IMG/VR virus record: IMGVR_UViG_3300042894_008159
Span: 1 to 64,000 of that record
DNA: 64,000 nt
Reading direction: 5' to 3' (one strand)
Source of the DNA: an uncultured virus (IMG/VR IMGVR_UViG_3300042894_008159)
Lineage: Duplodnaviria > Heunggongvirae > Uroviricota > Caudoviricetes
In this document: in pieces, positions 49,253-58,603 of the stretch
How positions within the stretch are numbered: the stretch's first letter is position 1
Layout of the letters: each line of letters begins with the position of its first letter
Notes under the pieces: model-generated
Seen by the model: the letters and a program-made list of their open reading frames with translations, nothing else
Database searches by the model: none
Told to the model about the DNA's origin: nothing
Made by a program: the position numbers and the translations under genes

Positions 49253-51217
49253 TTATGGGATAGGATTATTTGGGTCTATGAAATTATTTTGAACAGCACC
49301 CGGTGTGAAATTGTTATCAGAAAAAAACAAGTAAGGATTAGCCAACGTTGAATCATTGATATCATAAGGAACTGTGGTACCGTCAACCAGTGCAGTGCTG
49401 GCAGTAGATTGGGTGTTGGAATAGGTGGGTAAAGTAGATTGGTACAATCTTCCATCACCACGGTTAAACATAGATTCAATTTCACCTCTTTCCCGATCTC
49501 TACCATGTTCTAATGTGAATGTGGCTATGATTTCAGTGGGAAAATCATCCGGACCTAATACTTCACCAAATTCTATATCTAAATTAGAACAAATTAAATT
49601 TCCAATCATTGCTATAGGATTCATCGGATTACCTACAACCAAATGCCATTCACCAACAGGAGCTCCAGTTTTAAGTGATAGAGGGGGTACGAATTTTGCA
49701 ATTAAATCATCTGCCAAGGCATAAGCCAAAATGTTTCCGAGCGGGCCTTCAATCTCTTTGGCCAATTTTTCAATTCCACCCCCGGAGGAATCGATTTGTT
49801 GAAGCATACTTTGAACCTGATTTGTAGCAGTTTGTAGATCCGAAGTAAATTTTTTCAGTTGTCGAACTTGAGGATCATCCATCGTAGTTCCATCTGGATC
49901 TGCTAGATATTTAATTGTGGTTTTAACCCATTTAATGGGATCAGAGTAAAAAGCTTTTAATCCTTGATCTCCACCTGGAAAACCTATAGCGGGAAATCCG
50001 TTATCGTATCTAACATCAGGAGTTAGAAAATTTCCATAGTTGGTTCCCAAACCTAGCAAATTTCCAATTATATCAACCAAAGCAGCTTTCGTATTAACCT
50101 GGCCAACAGAAGTTAACTCGTAGTGGAATTTGAGATAAATGGGTCCACCACTAAAAGTTAAACCTCTTCCTCGGTAATAAGTTTTATCTACGGTATCAAC
50201 TGGATTAAAAATAAAATCTGACAGAGGACCATTTGAAGTGTTTTGCATTTTATCCCTTAAAGCCTGATTTATTTTAGGAATAGTTACTGCTCCTCTTCCA
50301 GAGTCAGACGCAGAAACTAAAACGGAAAGAGAATCTCCTAAAGCACCAAATAGTTGTGAAGCGCCGGCTAGATCAGCAGTGGTTCCCAAAGCTCTACCCA
50401 ACACAGTCTTAAAAAAACCTTGATCAAACCCTTCAACCTTTAATATTTCTTCCTGGGTTTTGGATTGGAATACAAGACCCGTTGAAAAGGAAATAATATC
50501 ATTTAAAGTGTTACCAGTCTGCCCTCCCCACCAGGTAACCGCTTGGGCTACTGGCATACCGGCTCCTTTTTGTTTGTATAGATCGGTTTGTATTAATTGA
50601 CTGGGTATGCTCAAATTATCTCTCATTGGAGCTGGGAATCTCCTTAGGGTAATCATGTAATTATTAGGAATTGTGCCATAGTATTTACAATACAAAAAAT
50701 CTCTCCAATAATATGGAGCAGATGCACCTCCTATGATTTTTCCCGGGCTTCCTGTAGTATTGTTTCCAGTATTTGTTGTACTCCCAATTTGTCCAGGCAG
50801 TATAGCAGCTCTTATCTCATTCGCGGCTCTAACCAATTGTCCAGCAGAAGGATTTTTTGATGAAATAGAAGAAATCGAAGAGTTAAATTGGGTTTGCTCT
50901 GATTGATAGTATTCCTGCCGGAAAGTGTTTGAATTATTTGAAAAAGAATAAAAAAGAAATTGACCAAATTTAGCATCTGGACCAAATAGATTAGCAGCGT
51001 TATAAAATAAAGACCTAGCAGTTGGACCTTTATTTGGATTAGAGGATCCCAAATTCGACCATCTTGAAACTTGATCGTTTGCAATTTCTTGTGCAGATGC
51101 CTCTCTAGAACCAAACCAATAATCCTTTAAGATAGGATTTAGCTTTTGATCTGCTATTGAAAAAGTATTTCCTGTGGTAGGTGTGTTTGTTCCCTGAAAA
51201 GAACTATTTTTGGACAT
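49253..51217 (-). CDS. Baseplate tube-initiator-like protein (gp48-like)
   Basis: GLTF...LKFHYELTS, GEWHLVVGNPMNPIAMIGNLIC.NLDIEF...DDFPTEI.ATFTL; hub-module position. Confidence 0.55.
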   Translation of the reverse strand: MSKNSSFQGTNTPTTGNTFSIADQKLNPILKDYWFGSREASAQEIANDQVSRWSNLGSSNPNKGPTARSLFYNAANLFGPDAKFGQFLFYSFSNNSNTFRQEYYQSEQTQFNSSISSISSKNPSAGQLVRAANEIRAAILPGQIGSTTNTGNNTTGSPGKIIGGASAPYYWRDFLYCKYYGTIPNNYMITLRRFPAPMRDNLSIPSQLIQTDLYKQKGAGMPVAQAVTWWGGQTGNTLNDIISFSTGLVFQSKTQEEILKVEGFDQGFFKTVLGRALGTTADLAGASQLFGALGDSLSVLVSASDSGRGAVTIPKINQALRDKMQNTSNGPLSDFIFNPVDTVDKTYYRGRGLTFSGGPIYLKFHYELTSVGQVNTKAALVDIIGNLLGLGTNYGNFLTPDVRYDNGFPAIGFPGGDQGLKAFYSDPIKWVKTTIKYLADPDGTTMDDPQVRQLKKFTSDLQTATNQVQSMLQQIDSSGGGIEKLAKEIEGPLGNILAYALADDLIAKFVPPLSLKTGAPVGEWHLVVGNPMNPIAMIGNLICSNLDIEFGEVLGPDDFPTEIIATFTLEHGRDRERGEIESMFNRGDGRLYQSTLPTYSNTQSTASTALVDGTTVPYDINDSTLANPYLFFSDNNFTPGAVQNNFIDPNNPIP

Positions 51218-51234
51218 CTAATTCATACAAATTT

Positions 51235-51567
51235 TTACAACATCTCGATCGAAAATTCAAATTCATTTTCGTATTCCTTTAAAAAAGAATTTAAATTAGA
51301 AATAAAATCATTTGAAAGATTTTTGTGTACGATCATTATGGTGTTGTTCTTTGTATTATATATCCCCTGGTCTATTTTTCTTTGAATAGTATAATTGATG
51401 ATAAATTCAGATTCTTTACTTAAATCTAAGTTATTGTAACCTAAATCCCGAATAATTTTACCAATATCTATCACGGAAAAGTCAATCCCGCCATCAAATT
51501 TTTTTTTGGCTTCTTTGGCCGAACATTTAGCTAGAAAAATCTTAATCTCTGCCAAACAATCAATCAT
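51235..51567 (-). CDS. Hypothetical protein (110 aa)
   Basis: ORF track; tightly packed in the operon. Confidence 0.65.
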   Translation of the reverse strand: MIDCLAEIKIFLAKCSAKEAKKKFDGGIDFSVIDIGKIIRDLGYNNLDLSKESEFIINYTIQRKIDQGIYNTKNNTIMIVHKNLSNDFISNLNSFLKEYENEFEFSIEML

Positions 51568-51568
51568 G

Positions 51569-51892
51569 CTATTTTGGGTTGTCTAGAATGTCATTGTGTG
51601 ACGATTCCTCTGGTTTTAATTCATCTAAAAATTCGAATGAATCCAAATTGAGTCCAAAATTTCCTTCAGTTTGATTTTTTTCTTTCCCTAAATTATCTAA
51701 TTGTGCGTTGGTTAGCAACCTTCCAGATTGAATTTCTTGATTCATAACATTTTGAAGATGAATTGTATGAAATTGTTTACCCATTTGGTTAGCTCTTCTT
51801 ACTCTTTCTCTAAAAGACATCATAGATTCATCTTTCTTCAAATAACCCAAAGATTTAGCAAGTTCTTTTCTGGCTTTTCTAGCTTGACTCAT
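51569..51892 (-). CDS. Hypothetical protein (107 aa, basic N-terminus, acidic C-terminus)
   Basis: ORF track. Confidence 0.65.
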   Translation of the reverse strand: MSQARKARKELAKSLGYLKKDESMMSFRERVRRANQMGKQFHTIHLQNVMNQEIQSGRLLTNAQLDNLGKEKNQTEGNFGLNLDSFEFLDELKPEESSHNDILDNPK

Positions 51893-51897
51893 AAAAA

Positions 51898-52473
51898 TTA
51901 AATTGAAAATTTAAAACCTTTACTTTTTTCGAGTCCATTCTGTTTGTTCTGAACGTCGAATCCCAACACGAACTTGAACAGCTTTAAAAAAAGACCCGGA
52001 ATAAAAATATCTTTGTGTTTAACGACATCGTTGGCAGAGATGAATTTAAATTCCATGCCATTTTCTTTTTCAGTTTCATCTGGTTCTGGATCGCCTTTAG
52101 GAACATCGGTAACATCTACTGCAAAACAGGGTTGCTCATGGTCCACAAATTTGGAAGATGTAACTGACCCTAAATAAAACCATTTTTTGTTGTCTTGTAC
52201 GTCATATCCACTTTCTTCTTTCAGCTCTCTTTTGGCGGTGGCAAGTAAATCTGGATCTTCCTCTTCAGTAGTTCCCGATATTAAAGAAACCGACATACCT
52301 CCTTCTCTAAAAGGATTTGGCTCTTTTAGAACTCCTATGGACAAAGGCAATCCCTGTTCATCGGAGATAAAAGGCATAATCACCACATTGGTGAAAAGTG
52401 GGATCATACCGGTCGATCCGTTTCTCTCTTCAACACGGAAAAGATTATTTTCAAAAAGAATATTACTGTCCAT
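51898..52473 (-). CDS. Nudix hydrolase
   Basis: SGTTEEEDPDLLATAKRELKEESGY matches the Nudix box. Confidence 0.9.
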   Translation of the reverse strand: MDSNILFENNLFRVEERNGSTGMIPLFTNVVIMPFISDEQGLPLSIGVLKEPNPFREGGMSVSLISGTTEEEDPDLLATAKRELKEESGYDVQDNKKWFYLGSVTSSKFVDHEQPCFAVDVTDVPKGDPEPDETEKENGMEFKFISANDVVKHKDIFIPGLFLKLFKFVLGFDVQNKQNGLEKSKGFKFSI

Positions 52474-53113
52474 CTTCTACTTGGTCTAAAAATTTATCAG
52501 AAGAAACTAGATTTTTTTTCTTGTCGTAATACGCCAAAATAGAATCTCCCAAAGCGGATTTGATATCATCTATGTCGATCCCTTCCGTCACGAAGTTCAC
52601 AATTTCACGGTCAGCTTCCTCGAAAGAAGTGGTAAGAACCCCATACAAATTCTTGGAAGGTAGATTCAATTTTAAGGTGATGTTCACGTTAACCCAATTT
52701 GTTTTTTGTTTCTTCAATAAGCTATATATCGGAGATTCGGAAAGCTGTACAGATGAAACAGAGTTGGTTTTCTTGTTGGGTTGAGATGAAATATCAGGCT
52801 TGGTTTGTGTAGGAGTATGCGGGTTGGAGGTAGCAACAGCATTGAAATCTATATTTTGTGAAGGGAAAACATCCATATATTCTTGAACCAATTCCACGTT
52901 CATTCTTCCACCAGAGCGAAATGAAATGAAAATTAAACCTGTAGATTCGTCTTTTTCTATGGATTTGAATTTCTCGATATTTCCCATCTGATCTCCCTTC
53001 AACCATTGAAAATCTTTTGTTTGAAAAAAATTTTGTATTTCCTCTAGACTTTTGTCTTTCCAATTCATTTTTTTTGATTTATTGAATATACGTTTTAGCC
53101 ACCCCATGTACAT
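52463..53113 (-). CDS. Hypothetical protein (216 aa)
   Basis: ORF track; overlaps the Nudix start. Confidence 0.7.
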   Translation of the reverse strand: MYMGWLKRIFNKSKKMNWKDKSLEEIQNFFQTKDFQWLKGDQMGNIEKFKSIEKDESTGLIFISFRSGGRMNVELVQEYMDVFPSQNIDFNAVATSNPHTPTQTKPDISSQPNKKTNSVSSVQLSESPIYSLLKKQKTNWVNVNITLKLNLPSKNLYGVLTTSFEEADREIVNFVTEGIDIDDIKSALGDSILAYYDKKKNLVSSDKFLDQVEDGQ

Positions 53114-53186
53114 TAATTTAGAAAGAATTTTTTTAAAATTAACAACACAAAATAACTTACAACTTGATTTCTGTTTATATCAGGAA

Positions 53187-53194
53187 CAAAGGTA
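53187..53194 (-). promoter_or_regulatory. Bacteroidota-type sigma -7 box TACCTTTG
   Basis: TAnnTTTG match in the intergenic gap upstream of the hypothetical-Nudix operon. Confidence 0.4.
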
Positions 53195-53209
53195 AAGTTT
53201 CTTATTAGA

Positions 53210-54100
53210 CTAATTTTCGCCTTGCAAAATGTCTTCCAGTAGAGAATTCTCTATCGAATTGCTTAAGACATCTCTCAGATTTTCAATCATTTTTTTTCTC
53301 TTTTCTATCTTATCTGAATTTTTTAGATCCACTTTTTCAGACAAAGTTTCTTTCAACCTCCCGATTAAATGTGATTCTTCTTCTGAGCAATCCATGCCCA
53401 AAACACATTTAGTTAGGTATGTGCAAATTCTATTTTCGAAAAGATCTACGAGTGATTCTTCGGACTCAATAAATTTTCCAGAAGGCCCTCTGAATTCCAT
53501 CAGATATTGGTTGTTTTTTCTTTTAATCCTGATGTCTGGAAATTTAGCATCTCCAGATTTGTAAACTTTCAGTTCAGAAAAAAGTTCAGATCCTTCATTT
53601 TTTTCCATCTCTACCTCCATTCCATTGTCCAATTTCAATTCATAAAGTCCGGGAAACCTCATCTGATTATTTTGTACTTGTGAATGTATTCCAAATAAAT
53701 CCAAAATAATTTGGGTGTTTTCCGATATTCTCTCCAGACCACTTTCTTTTTTAACCGTGTTGGACTCGACGAAATTATCGATAAAATCTTCCATTTCTTC
53801 TCGATTCTTCAATTTTGAAAACCACTTCGTGTAAGGTTTTATGTGGATGACCGCCGATTTTGTATTGGACTTCATTTCACAGCAGGATTTCGGAAATCTA
53901 ACTTTTTTGTCATTGTGTTCCAGCTCGACCCAATTTTCATCTATGGCATATCCAATCATACCCTGATTAGGTTCCGGATATACTTGAAGTTTAAGTGACC
54001 AGTTTGCCAAAGGTCCTATGATGCCTAAATTTTTTTTTCCAGAAGATTTTGACTCATTTAGAGAAAAAAATTCTTCAAAATAGGGAACCAAATTATTCAT
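53210..54100 (-). CDS. Hypothetical protein, putative head-internal protein
   Basis: Likely start at 54100: MNNLVPYFEEFFSLNES. Confidence 0.7.
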   Translation of the reverse strand: MNNLVPYFEEFFSLNESKSSGKKNLGIIGPLANWSLKLQVYPEPNQGMIGYAIDENWVELEHNDKKVRFPKSCCEMKSNTKSAVIHIKPYTKWFSKLKNREEMEDFIDNFVESNTVKKESGLERISENTQIILDLFGIHSQVQNNQMRFPGLYELKLDNGMEVEMEKNEGSELFSELKVYKSGDAKFPDIRIKRKNNQYLMEFRGPSGKFIESEESLVDLFENRICTYLTKCVLGMDCSEEESHLIGRLKETLSEKVDLKNSDKIEKRKKMIENLRDVLSNSIENSLLEDILQGEN

Positions 54101-54527
54101 TTTTTCCAAACAAGACTGTAACTTTGAAATCCGCTACTTTAGCTGACTTTTTCATATCGATGTGTAAAAAGGTGGGATCGGTTGGAATTAAAGATTCTCC
54201 CTTGCGTATAACTACCAGATTGGAATCAATATTTTCCCCAGGAACAATTTCAAATTCAAACTCTTTCGGATCATCCGGATGGTCGTCCACTTTAACCTCC
54301 AATTCAATTTGGTTTATTTTGAATGATATATCCTGAACTCCTTGTTTTTGTCTTTCAATCGAAATCTCATATTCAATCTCACATTTTAAATCGTCTACAT
54401 CCGACAATTCAGGAGGGCGGTTGGTCAATTTGACATCAACATAATCCAAAGATGCTGTGAAAGTGTGCTCCGAGGTGAACCTTTTTTTCTTTTGAACTGA
54501 ATATGAACCAAAATCTTGAATTCTCAT
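54093..54527 (-). CDS. Hypothetical acidic beta-rich protein
   Basis: Likely start MRIQDF at 54527, about 20 nt after a GATATATA box. Confidence 0.7.
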   Translation of the reverse strand: MRIQDFGSYSVQKKKRFTSEHTFTASLDYVDVKLTNRPPELSDVDDLKCEIEYEISIERQKQGVQDISFKINQIELEVKVDDHPDDPKEFEFEIVPGENIDSNLVVIRKGESLIPTDPTFLHIDMKKSAKVADFKVTVLFGKNE

Positions 54528-54546
54528 GTATGACAATTACTTTGTT

Positions 54547-54554
54547 TATATATC
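54547..54554 (-). promoter_or_regulatory. Putative late promoter GATATATA
   Basis: In the divergent intergenic region. Confidence 0.7.
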
Positions 54555-54589
54555 GTCAACTCCATTTTCCTTTTTAGGGCTGACTCAAG

Positions 54590-54597
54590 AATATATA
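54590..54597 (+). promoter_or_regulatory. Putative late promoter AATATATA (plus strand)
   Basis: About 31 nt upstream of plus-strand ATG 54629. Confidence 0.55.
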
Positions 54598-54628
54598 TGA
54601 TGAATTTCAAAAATTTAAACCAACGGTC

Positions 54629-55339
54629 ATGAAAAATCTCGAGTCCACCTGGTTTCTACAGTTACCAATAGATACCGAACACAAACAGTACATTTTGTTA
54701 GACTTTCTACAAGAAGTAAATGAAGAAATTCGAAGGGACAACATTTATCATCCCATTCAACAAATTTTTTCTTCTATTAAAGGTTTAAAATTGTCTGAAA
54801 AAATTTTGGCAAACGAAAAATTAGATCTTCAAAAAATGGATCAGGAAGAAATTCAGATTTTTGAAAAATTCATAGATTCAAAATTTACAGAAGAAGAAAA
54901 AGAAGAACTTCGGGAAATTGTTGATTTATCTTTGGATTGTTTGTATAAGTACGCCGAGCTGGGAACAAACATTTGGAAAAAGTTAGAAAAAAGAATTTCG
55001 GTTTACAATCTGACTCCAGACAAGAAAAATTCAGATTTAGGTATTTTATTGGTTAGAAATCTTGCCACTGATGAAATTTATTCATACTGGTGGTCCAGAT
55101 ATTCTAATGCTTCTTCCTTTGGAATTATGATGAAAAGAGTTAGAATTTCTAACAATTTTTTTTCAATATCCTATGATCATCTTGTAAATGAAATTTTGGT
55201 TACTGTTGGAGTCCAAGCACCAAATTCAAAAGTCACGGTTATTGAAATTCAAGAAGACTTCAATGAGGAATCTAACATTTTAAAGATCGCCAAAGAACTT
55301 TTCATTAAAGATTTAGAAAGTCAAGTGGCTTTACTGTGA
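54629..55339 (+). CDS. Hypothetical protein (236 aa)
   Basis: Fills the gap on the plus strand; converges on the GT gene with a 9-nt overlap. Confidence 0.75.
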   Translation: MKNLESTWFLQLPIDTEHKQYILLDFLQEVNEEIRRDNIYHPIQQIFSSIKGLKLSEKILANEKLDLQKMDQEEIQIFEKFIDSKFTEEEKEELREIVDLSLDCLYKYAELGTNIWKKLEKRISVYNLTPDKKNSDLGILLVRNLATDEIYSYWWSRYSNASSFGIMMKRVRISNNFFSISYDHLVNEILVTVGVQAPNSKVTVIEIQEDFNEESNILKIAKELFIKDLESQVALL

Positions 55340-56002
55340 ATTTTTCCAGCAGTCATCAATTAAAGAATGACCCTCGTGTTGGAATGCAGATCTTTCCCAA
55401 GAGATACCGAATTTATTGTTACCGTGTAGCCAATTTATTTCATTGAACCACAAATCCGGAGAATCCCAATTATTCTCTCCTAAACGGTTCAAATAAAATT
55501 CTCTACCAGAACGGTGTAAGATAACACAATGGGCCAAAATAATTTTTGGTGTTGTATAAAATTCAGGAAAATCTGGGTCTGTTTCAGAGACTGGGGACTG
55601 TAAAAATCCATTCACAAATCTAGAGCCAAGGGAAAAATAACGTATCTCGTGTTTGTTACAAAATTCAATAGCCCTATATACTGTCTTCATGAAATCTTCC
55701 GGGGTTACTTCTAGTACACAATCACACTCACACAGGATCAAGGCATCTAGATCATCATCAAAATTTTCCAACATTGCCTTCTTGAACGATTGGAAAGCTC
55801 CATAGTGTCCAGGGCCATGATTGGTAAATTCATTCTGACACAAAGCTTTAGTTAATTTCCAGTCATCTCCAGTATATCTTTGGTTTACTTGTTGAGCATA
55901 TTCTAATCCCATATTTCCAAGGGGAGACAAAGAAGCAATGGAAGCTATTTCCCTAGGTGTATCTATTTCGGTTAAAATGTGAACCAAACGAATTTTGGAC
56001 AT
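55331..56002 (-). CDS. Glycosyltransferase, GT25/GT-A-like
   Basis: GHYGAFQSF...ALILCECDC (compare GT25 GxxGCxxSH...ILEDD), ILAHCVIL, SPDLWF, AFQHEGHSLID. Confidence 0.6.
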   Translation of the reverse strand: MSKIRLVHILTEIDTPREIASIASLSPLGNMGLEYAQQVNQRYTGDDWKLTKALCQNEFTNHGPGHYGAFQSFKKAMLENFDDDLDALILCECDCVLEVTPEDFMKTVYRAIEFCNKHEIRYFSLGSRFVNGFLQSPVSETDPDFPEFYTTPKIILAHCVILHRSGREFYLNRLGENNWDSPDLWFNEINWLHGNNKFGISWERSAFQHEGHSLIDDCWKNSQ

Positions 56003-56006
56003 ACGA

Positions 56007-56014
56007 CAAATTTA
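56007..56014 (-). promoter_or_regulatory. Bacteroidota-type -7 box TAAATTTG, possibly giving a leaderless mRNA
   Basis: TAnnTTTG 4 nt upstream of ATG 56002, just downstream of a terminator. Confidence 0.35.
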
Positions 56015-56025
56015 ATTCTTATACC

Positions 56026-56057
56026 AAAAAAAAAGGACGAGTTTCAAACCCGTCCTT
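56026..56057 (-). terminator. Rho-independent terminator
   Basis: The minus strand reads AAGGACGGGTTT-G-AAACTCGTCC followed by T9. Confidence 0.85.
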
Positions 56058-56075
56058 CTATTAAAAACAAAATCT

Positions 56076-56417
56076 TTAGAAATCCTCTAGTCTTTTGATT
56101 TTGGTGTAATCAATTGCCTCAGATTCGTTGGTTGTTGTTGGGGTTAAACCTGGACCACCAATGGCGTTGATGTACTGCCTGTCTTTACCAGCGTTGTAAC
56201 CAGGCAATCCAATACCAGCTTTATCTGGAGAAAAGACGGCATCGGCATAACCCACAAAGTCATAGGCAGGTTCTCTTTTGATCTTGTGAAATCCTGTTCT
56301 ATCGTAAGAATCTTTTTGATTTTCTGCGGCTAACGGTTTGAACGTATTGTCCATAACCTTACCCAGAAAATCTTTAAAATCTAAAATTTCTCTTTTTGAT
56401 ACATCATTTATATTCAT
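56076..56417 (-). CDS. Hypothetical protein, putative head-associated protein
   Basis: ILDFKDFL near the N-terminus, TTNESE, C-terminal IKRLEDF. Confidence 0.7.
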   Translation of the reverse strand: MNINDVSKREILDFKDFLGKVMDNTFKPLAAENQKDSYDRTGFHKIKREPAYDFVGYADAVFSPDKAGIGLPGYNAGKDRQYINAIGGPGLTPTTTNESEAIDYTKIKRLEDF

Positions 56418-56426
56418 GATTTGATT

Positions 56427-57149
56427 TTATTTTTTTGGTTGAAGAAGGGTCGTGAATAAATCCTCCCCTGATGTGTTACCGATTTGGGTTGGGTTTGCCT
56501 GGTTCATTGATCCTAAATTAGAAAAGAAGTTGTCCAACATTGTGTTTTTTTCTTTAGGGTTTTCTGTGGGAATGCCTTTTTCTTTGGCTTTTGCAGCCAA
56601 TTCATTTTCTATTTTCGTTTTTTCCTGGGGATTAAGCGATTTCTTAAAATCTTCTGCAGAAGTTTCTGGTAATCCACCAAACATAGAAAGATAGAAATTT
56701 TCTAATTTTTTTGAGAAATCTTTTTTTGTAACTTCGTTGGTGAGCATCTCCGAAATTGTTCGGTATAAATATCCGTTGGTATCGGTAATTCCTAAATTTT
56801 TTGCTATTCCATCTGGCCCCATTTCTATTAAAAATTCAATTGTTGCTTGTGCTGCTTTAGGAGCCAAATATGGAGCACTAATTTTACCTTTGAATAAAAT
56901 GGCATAATAATCTTTTACTGGGATAGTTTCAACAAAGTTTTGTACCAATTTGGAAAGAATTGATCCCTCTCCAATCCCCAAATATTCAAAAATATGGGCA
57001 GTAACCTTTCCTTTCAGTACATCGGTGAAAGCATCAAATCCTTTTGTAAATAGATTTCCTAAAAAATCGAAGGAAAAAAATGAATCGTTTGCTTCGTTTA
57101 TTTTTTTGGAAGTAAATTCGTCGAAATTTTGAACTTTTTGAATTTTCAC
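56427..57149 (-). CDS. Putative head-internal/ejection protein
   Basis: GTG start; KVQNFDEFTSKKINEA motif; amphipathic helices. Confidence 0.7.
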   Translation of the reverse strand: MKIQKVQNFDEFTSKKINEANDSFFSFDFLGNLFTKGFDAFTDVLKGKVTAHIFEYLGIGEGSILSKLVQNFVETIPVKDYYAILFKGKISAPYLAPKAAQATIEFLIEMGPDGIAKNLGITDTNGYLYRTISEMLTNEVTKKDFSKKLENFYLSMFGGLPETSAEDFKKSLNPQEKTKIENELAAKAKEKGIPTENPKEKNTMLDNFFSNLGSMNQANPTQIGNTSGEDLFTTLLQPKK

Positions 57150-57165
57150 TAGGTAGACTTTTTTT

Positions 57166-58602
57166 CTATATATCTACTTCTACTTTTGAAAATGATTCGG
57201 TTTGTTCAACTTCAAGAAAAAGGTCAACTGCCTGTTGACGATACTTCAATTTGTTCTCTTTGATTTTTGGATTTTTCAAAGCCTCTTTAGGACGATCCAC
57301 AATTTCAGAGGGAAGTAGAGGCCCAAATGTATCTTTCAGAATTTTTTTATCTGTTCTCCATTCTCTTGGTAGATGTAAAGCAAATCGAACTATGTCAAGG
57401 TGTAAAAAAGGATTTCTAAGTTCCAATGTGTGTGCCATTGAAAGCTTGTCCAATCTGGGAAGGTGGTAAAATCTCAATTCATCGAATATATCAGAAAACT
57501 GGGAATCATACTCGTGAATTCTTGAATAACCTCCGAAAAGTTCATCTGCTCCGTCTCCACTTAAAACAATTCTAGAATTTCCTTGATTTTTAACCGATTC
57601 AAAGAGAAAAAATTGAGGTACTACTGAACCCAAATCAATAGGGCTTTCATTCCATTTTTGATAGATTTTTTTAATTTTAGACTCATCCATGTTGTACTCC
57701 AAAAAATTAACATCCTTTTGGTAAAATTCAGACAGGATTTTAACAAACTTGGATTCTCCATTTTCTATAGAAAACCATTTTACCTCTGGAGACATTTGTG
57801 ATAAGATCCCAGCAATGATAGATGAATCTAAACCACCAGAAACAAGTAGTGAAATAGGATAATTTTTAGAAATTAATCTGTTTTGAACAGATTCAAAAAG
57901 TTTTGCCCACAGCCACTCCATGTGAGCTTCATAATCTCCGGGTGTTAGATTTTCAATTGGGAAGTTAAATCCTCTATAATAATTAGAGTAAGTAGATTTA
58001 AAACCGGGAACTTCCAAATTGTAATAATAAATCGTGTTGGGTAAAATTCTTTTAACGTCTCTGTAGGGGGTTGAATCGTCGGTTACATATCCAAATTTTC
58101 TAACTGTCGAAATGAAATGTGAATCTTGAGGGCTAAACCAATGTTGAACCGCCTTTATTTCGGAAGCTAGCTCGCCATCATCGTTGGTGTATAAACATTT
58201 TTTCCCAAGCGGATCGGTAAAACAAATAATGTCTTTAGATTTGGAATCATAGATAGCTATCGCCCAAAATCCATCCCAGGTTTGAATTCTAGGAACGAAC
58301 AAAGAACAAAACATTTGGAAAGATCCTCCCTTCCAAGGGGCAAATGTTTGACAAAGATATTCTATGTCTGAACCAAAGACTGTGGTGTCATAGTTAAAGA
58401 TCTCACCATTGTAAAGCAAGAAAATCCCTGGTGAAATTTCAATTGGTTGTTTCCACCCATCCCCTTCTTCTGTTTGGATTGGAAGTCTAGTGTGGGATAA
58501 AAAAACTCCATCTCTTTCAATCGTATTTGATTCTATACCTCTATGTGACATAGAATTTAATCTCGAGGTTTCCCCGTCTATATTAATAAAAATACCACAC
58601 AT
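57166..58602 (-). CDS. asnB: Asparagine synthetase B-like amidotransferase (Ntn glutaminase plus ATP-PPase domain)
   Basis: MCGI N-terminal Cys, HRG, HTRL, QP, YNGEIFNY, DPLGKK, SGGLDSS, LSGDGADELFGGY, RLDKLSMAHTLELRNPFL, RPKEA. Confidence 0.92.
   Translation of the reverse strand: MCGIFINIDGETSRLNSMSHRGIESNTIERDGVFLSHTRLPIQTEEGDGWKQPIEISPGIFLLYNGEIFNYDTTVFGSDIEYLCQTFAPWKGGSFQMFCSLFVPRIQTWDGFWAIAIYDSKSKDIICFTDPLGKKCLYTNDDGELASEIKAVQHWFSPQDSHFISTVRKFGYVTDDSTPYRDVKRILPNTIYYYNLEVPGFKSTYSNYYRGFNFPIENLTPGDYEAHMEWLWAKLFESVQNRLISKNYPISLLVSGGLDSSIIAGILSQMSPEVKWFSIENGESKFVKILSEFYQKDVNFLEYNMDESKIKKIYQKWNESPIDLGSVVPQFFLFESVKNQGNSRIVLSGDGADELFGGYSRIHEYDSQFSDIFDELRFYHLPRLDKLSMAHTLELRNPFLHLDIVRFALHLPREWRTDKKILKDTFGPLLPSEIVDRPKEALKNPKIKENKLKYRQQAVDLFLEVEQTESFSKVEVDI
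57167..57174 (-). promoter_or_regulatory. Putative late promoter GATATATA overlapping the asnB stop
   Basis: About 18 nt upstream of GTG 57149. Confidence 0.7.
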
Positions 58603-58603
58603 A

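Noticed and set aside
51357..52730. GATATATA hits inside coding sequence (51357, 52723), and GATAAATA at 47142
   Set aside because: They lack the ~20-30 nt spacing to a start codon and may be chance matches. The hit at 51357 could still serve the hub operon.
4549..57168. Genome-wide TAG (or TGA) recoding as in code-15 phages
   Set aside because: TAG ends genes cleanly at 5167, 18066, 29886, 34451 and 57166, with the next gene in another frame or after a promoter gap. Long ORFs are intact and coding density is already high under the standard code.
24820..58602. Bacterial chromosome or eukaryotic giant-virus origin suggested by phoH, asnB, rpsA and KYG-repeat genes
   Set aside because: These genes are embedded in a T4-like baseplate/neck gene set with phage late promoters and bacterial-type terminators.
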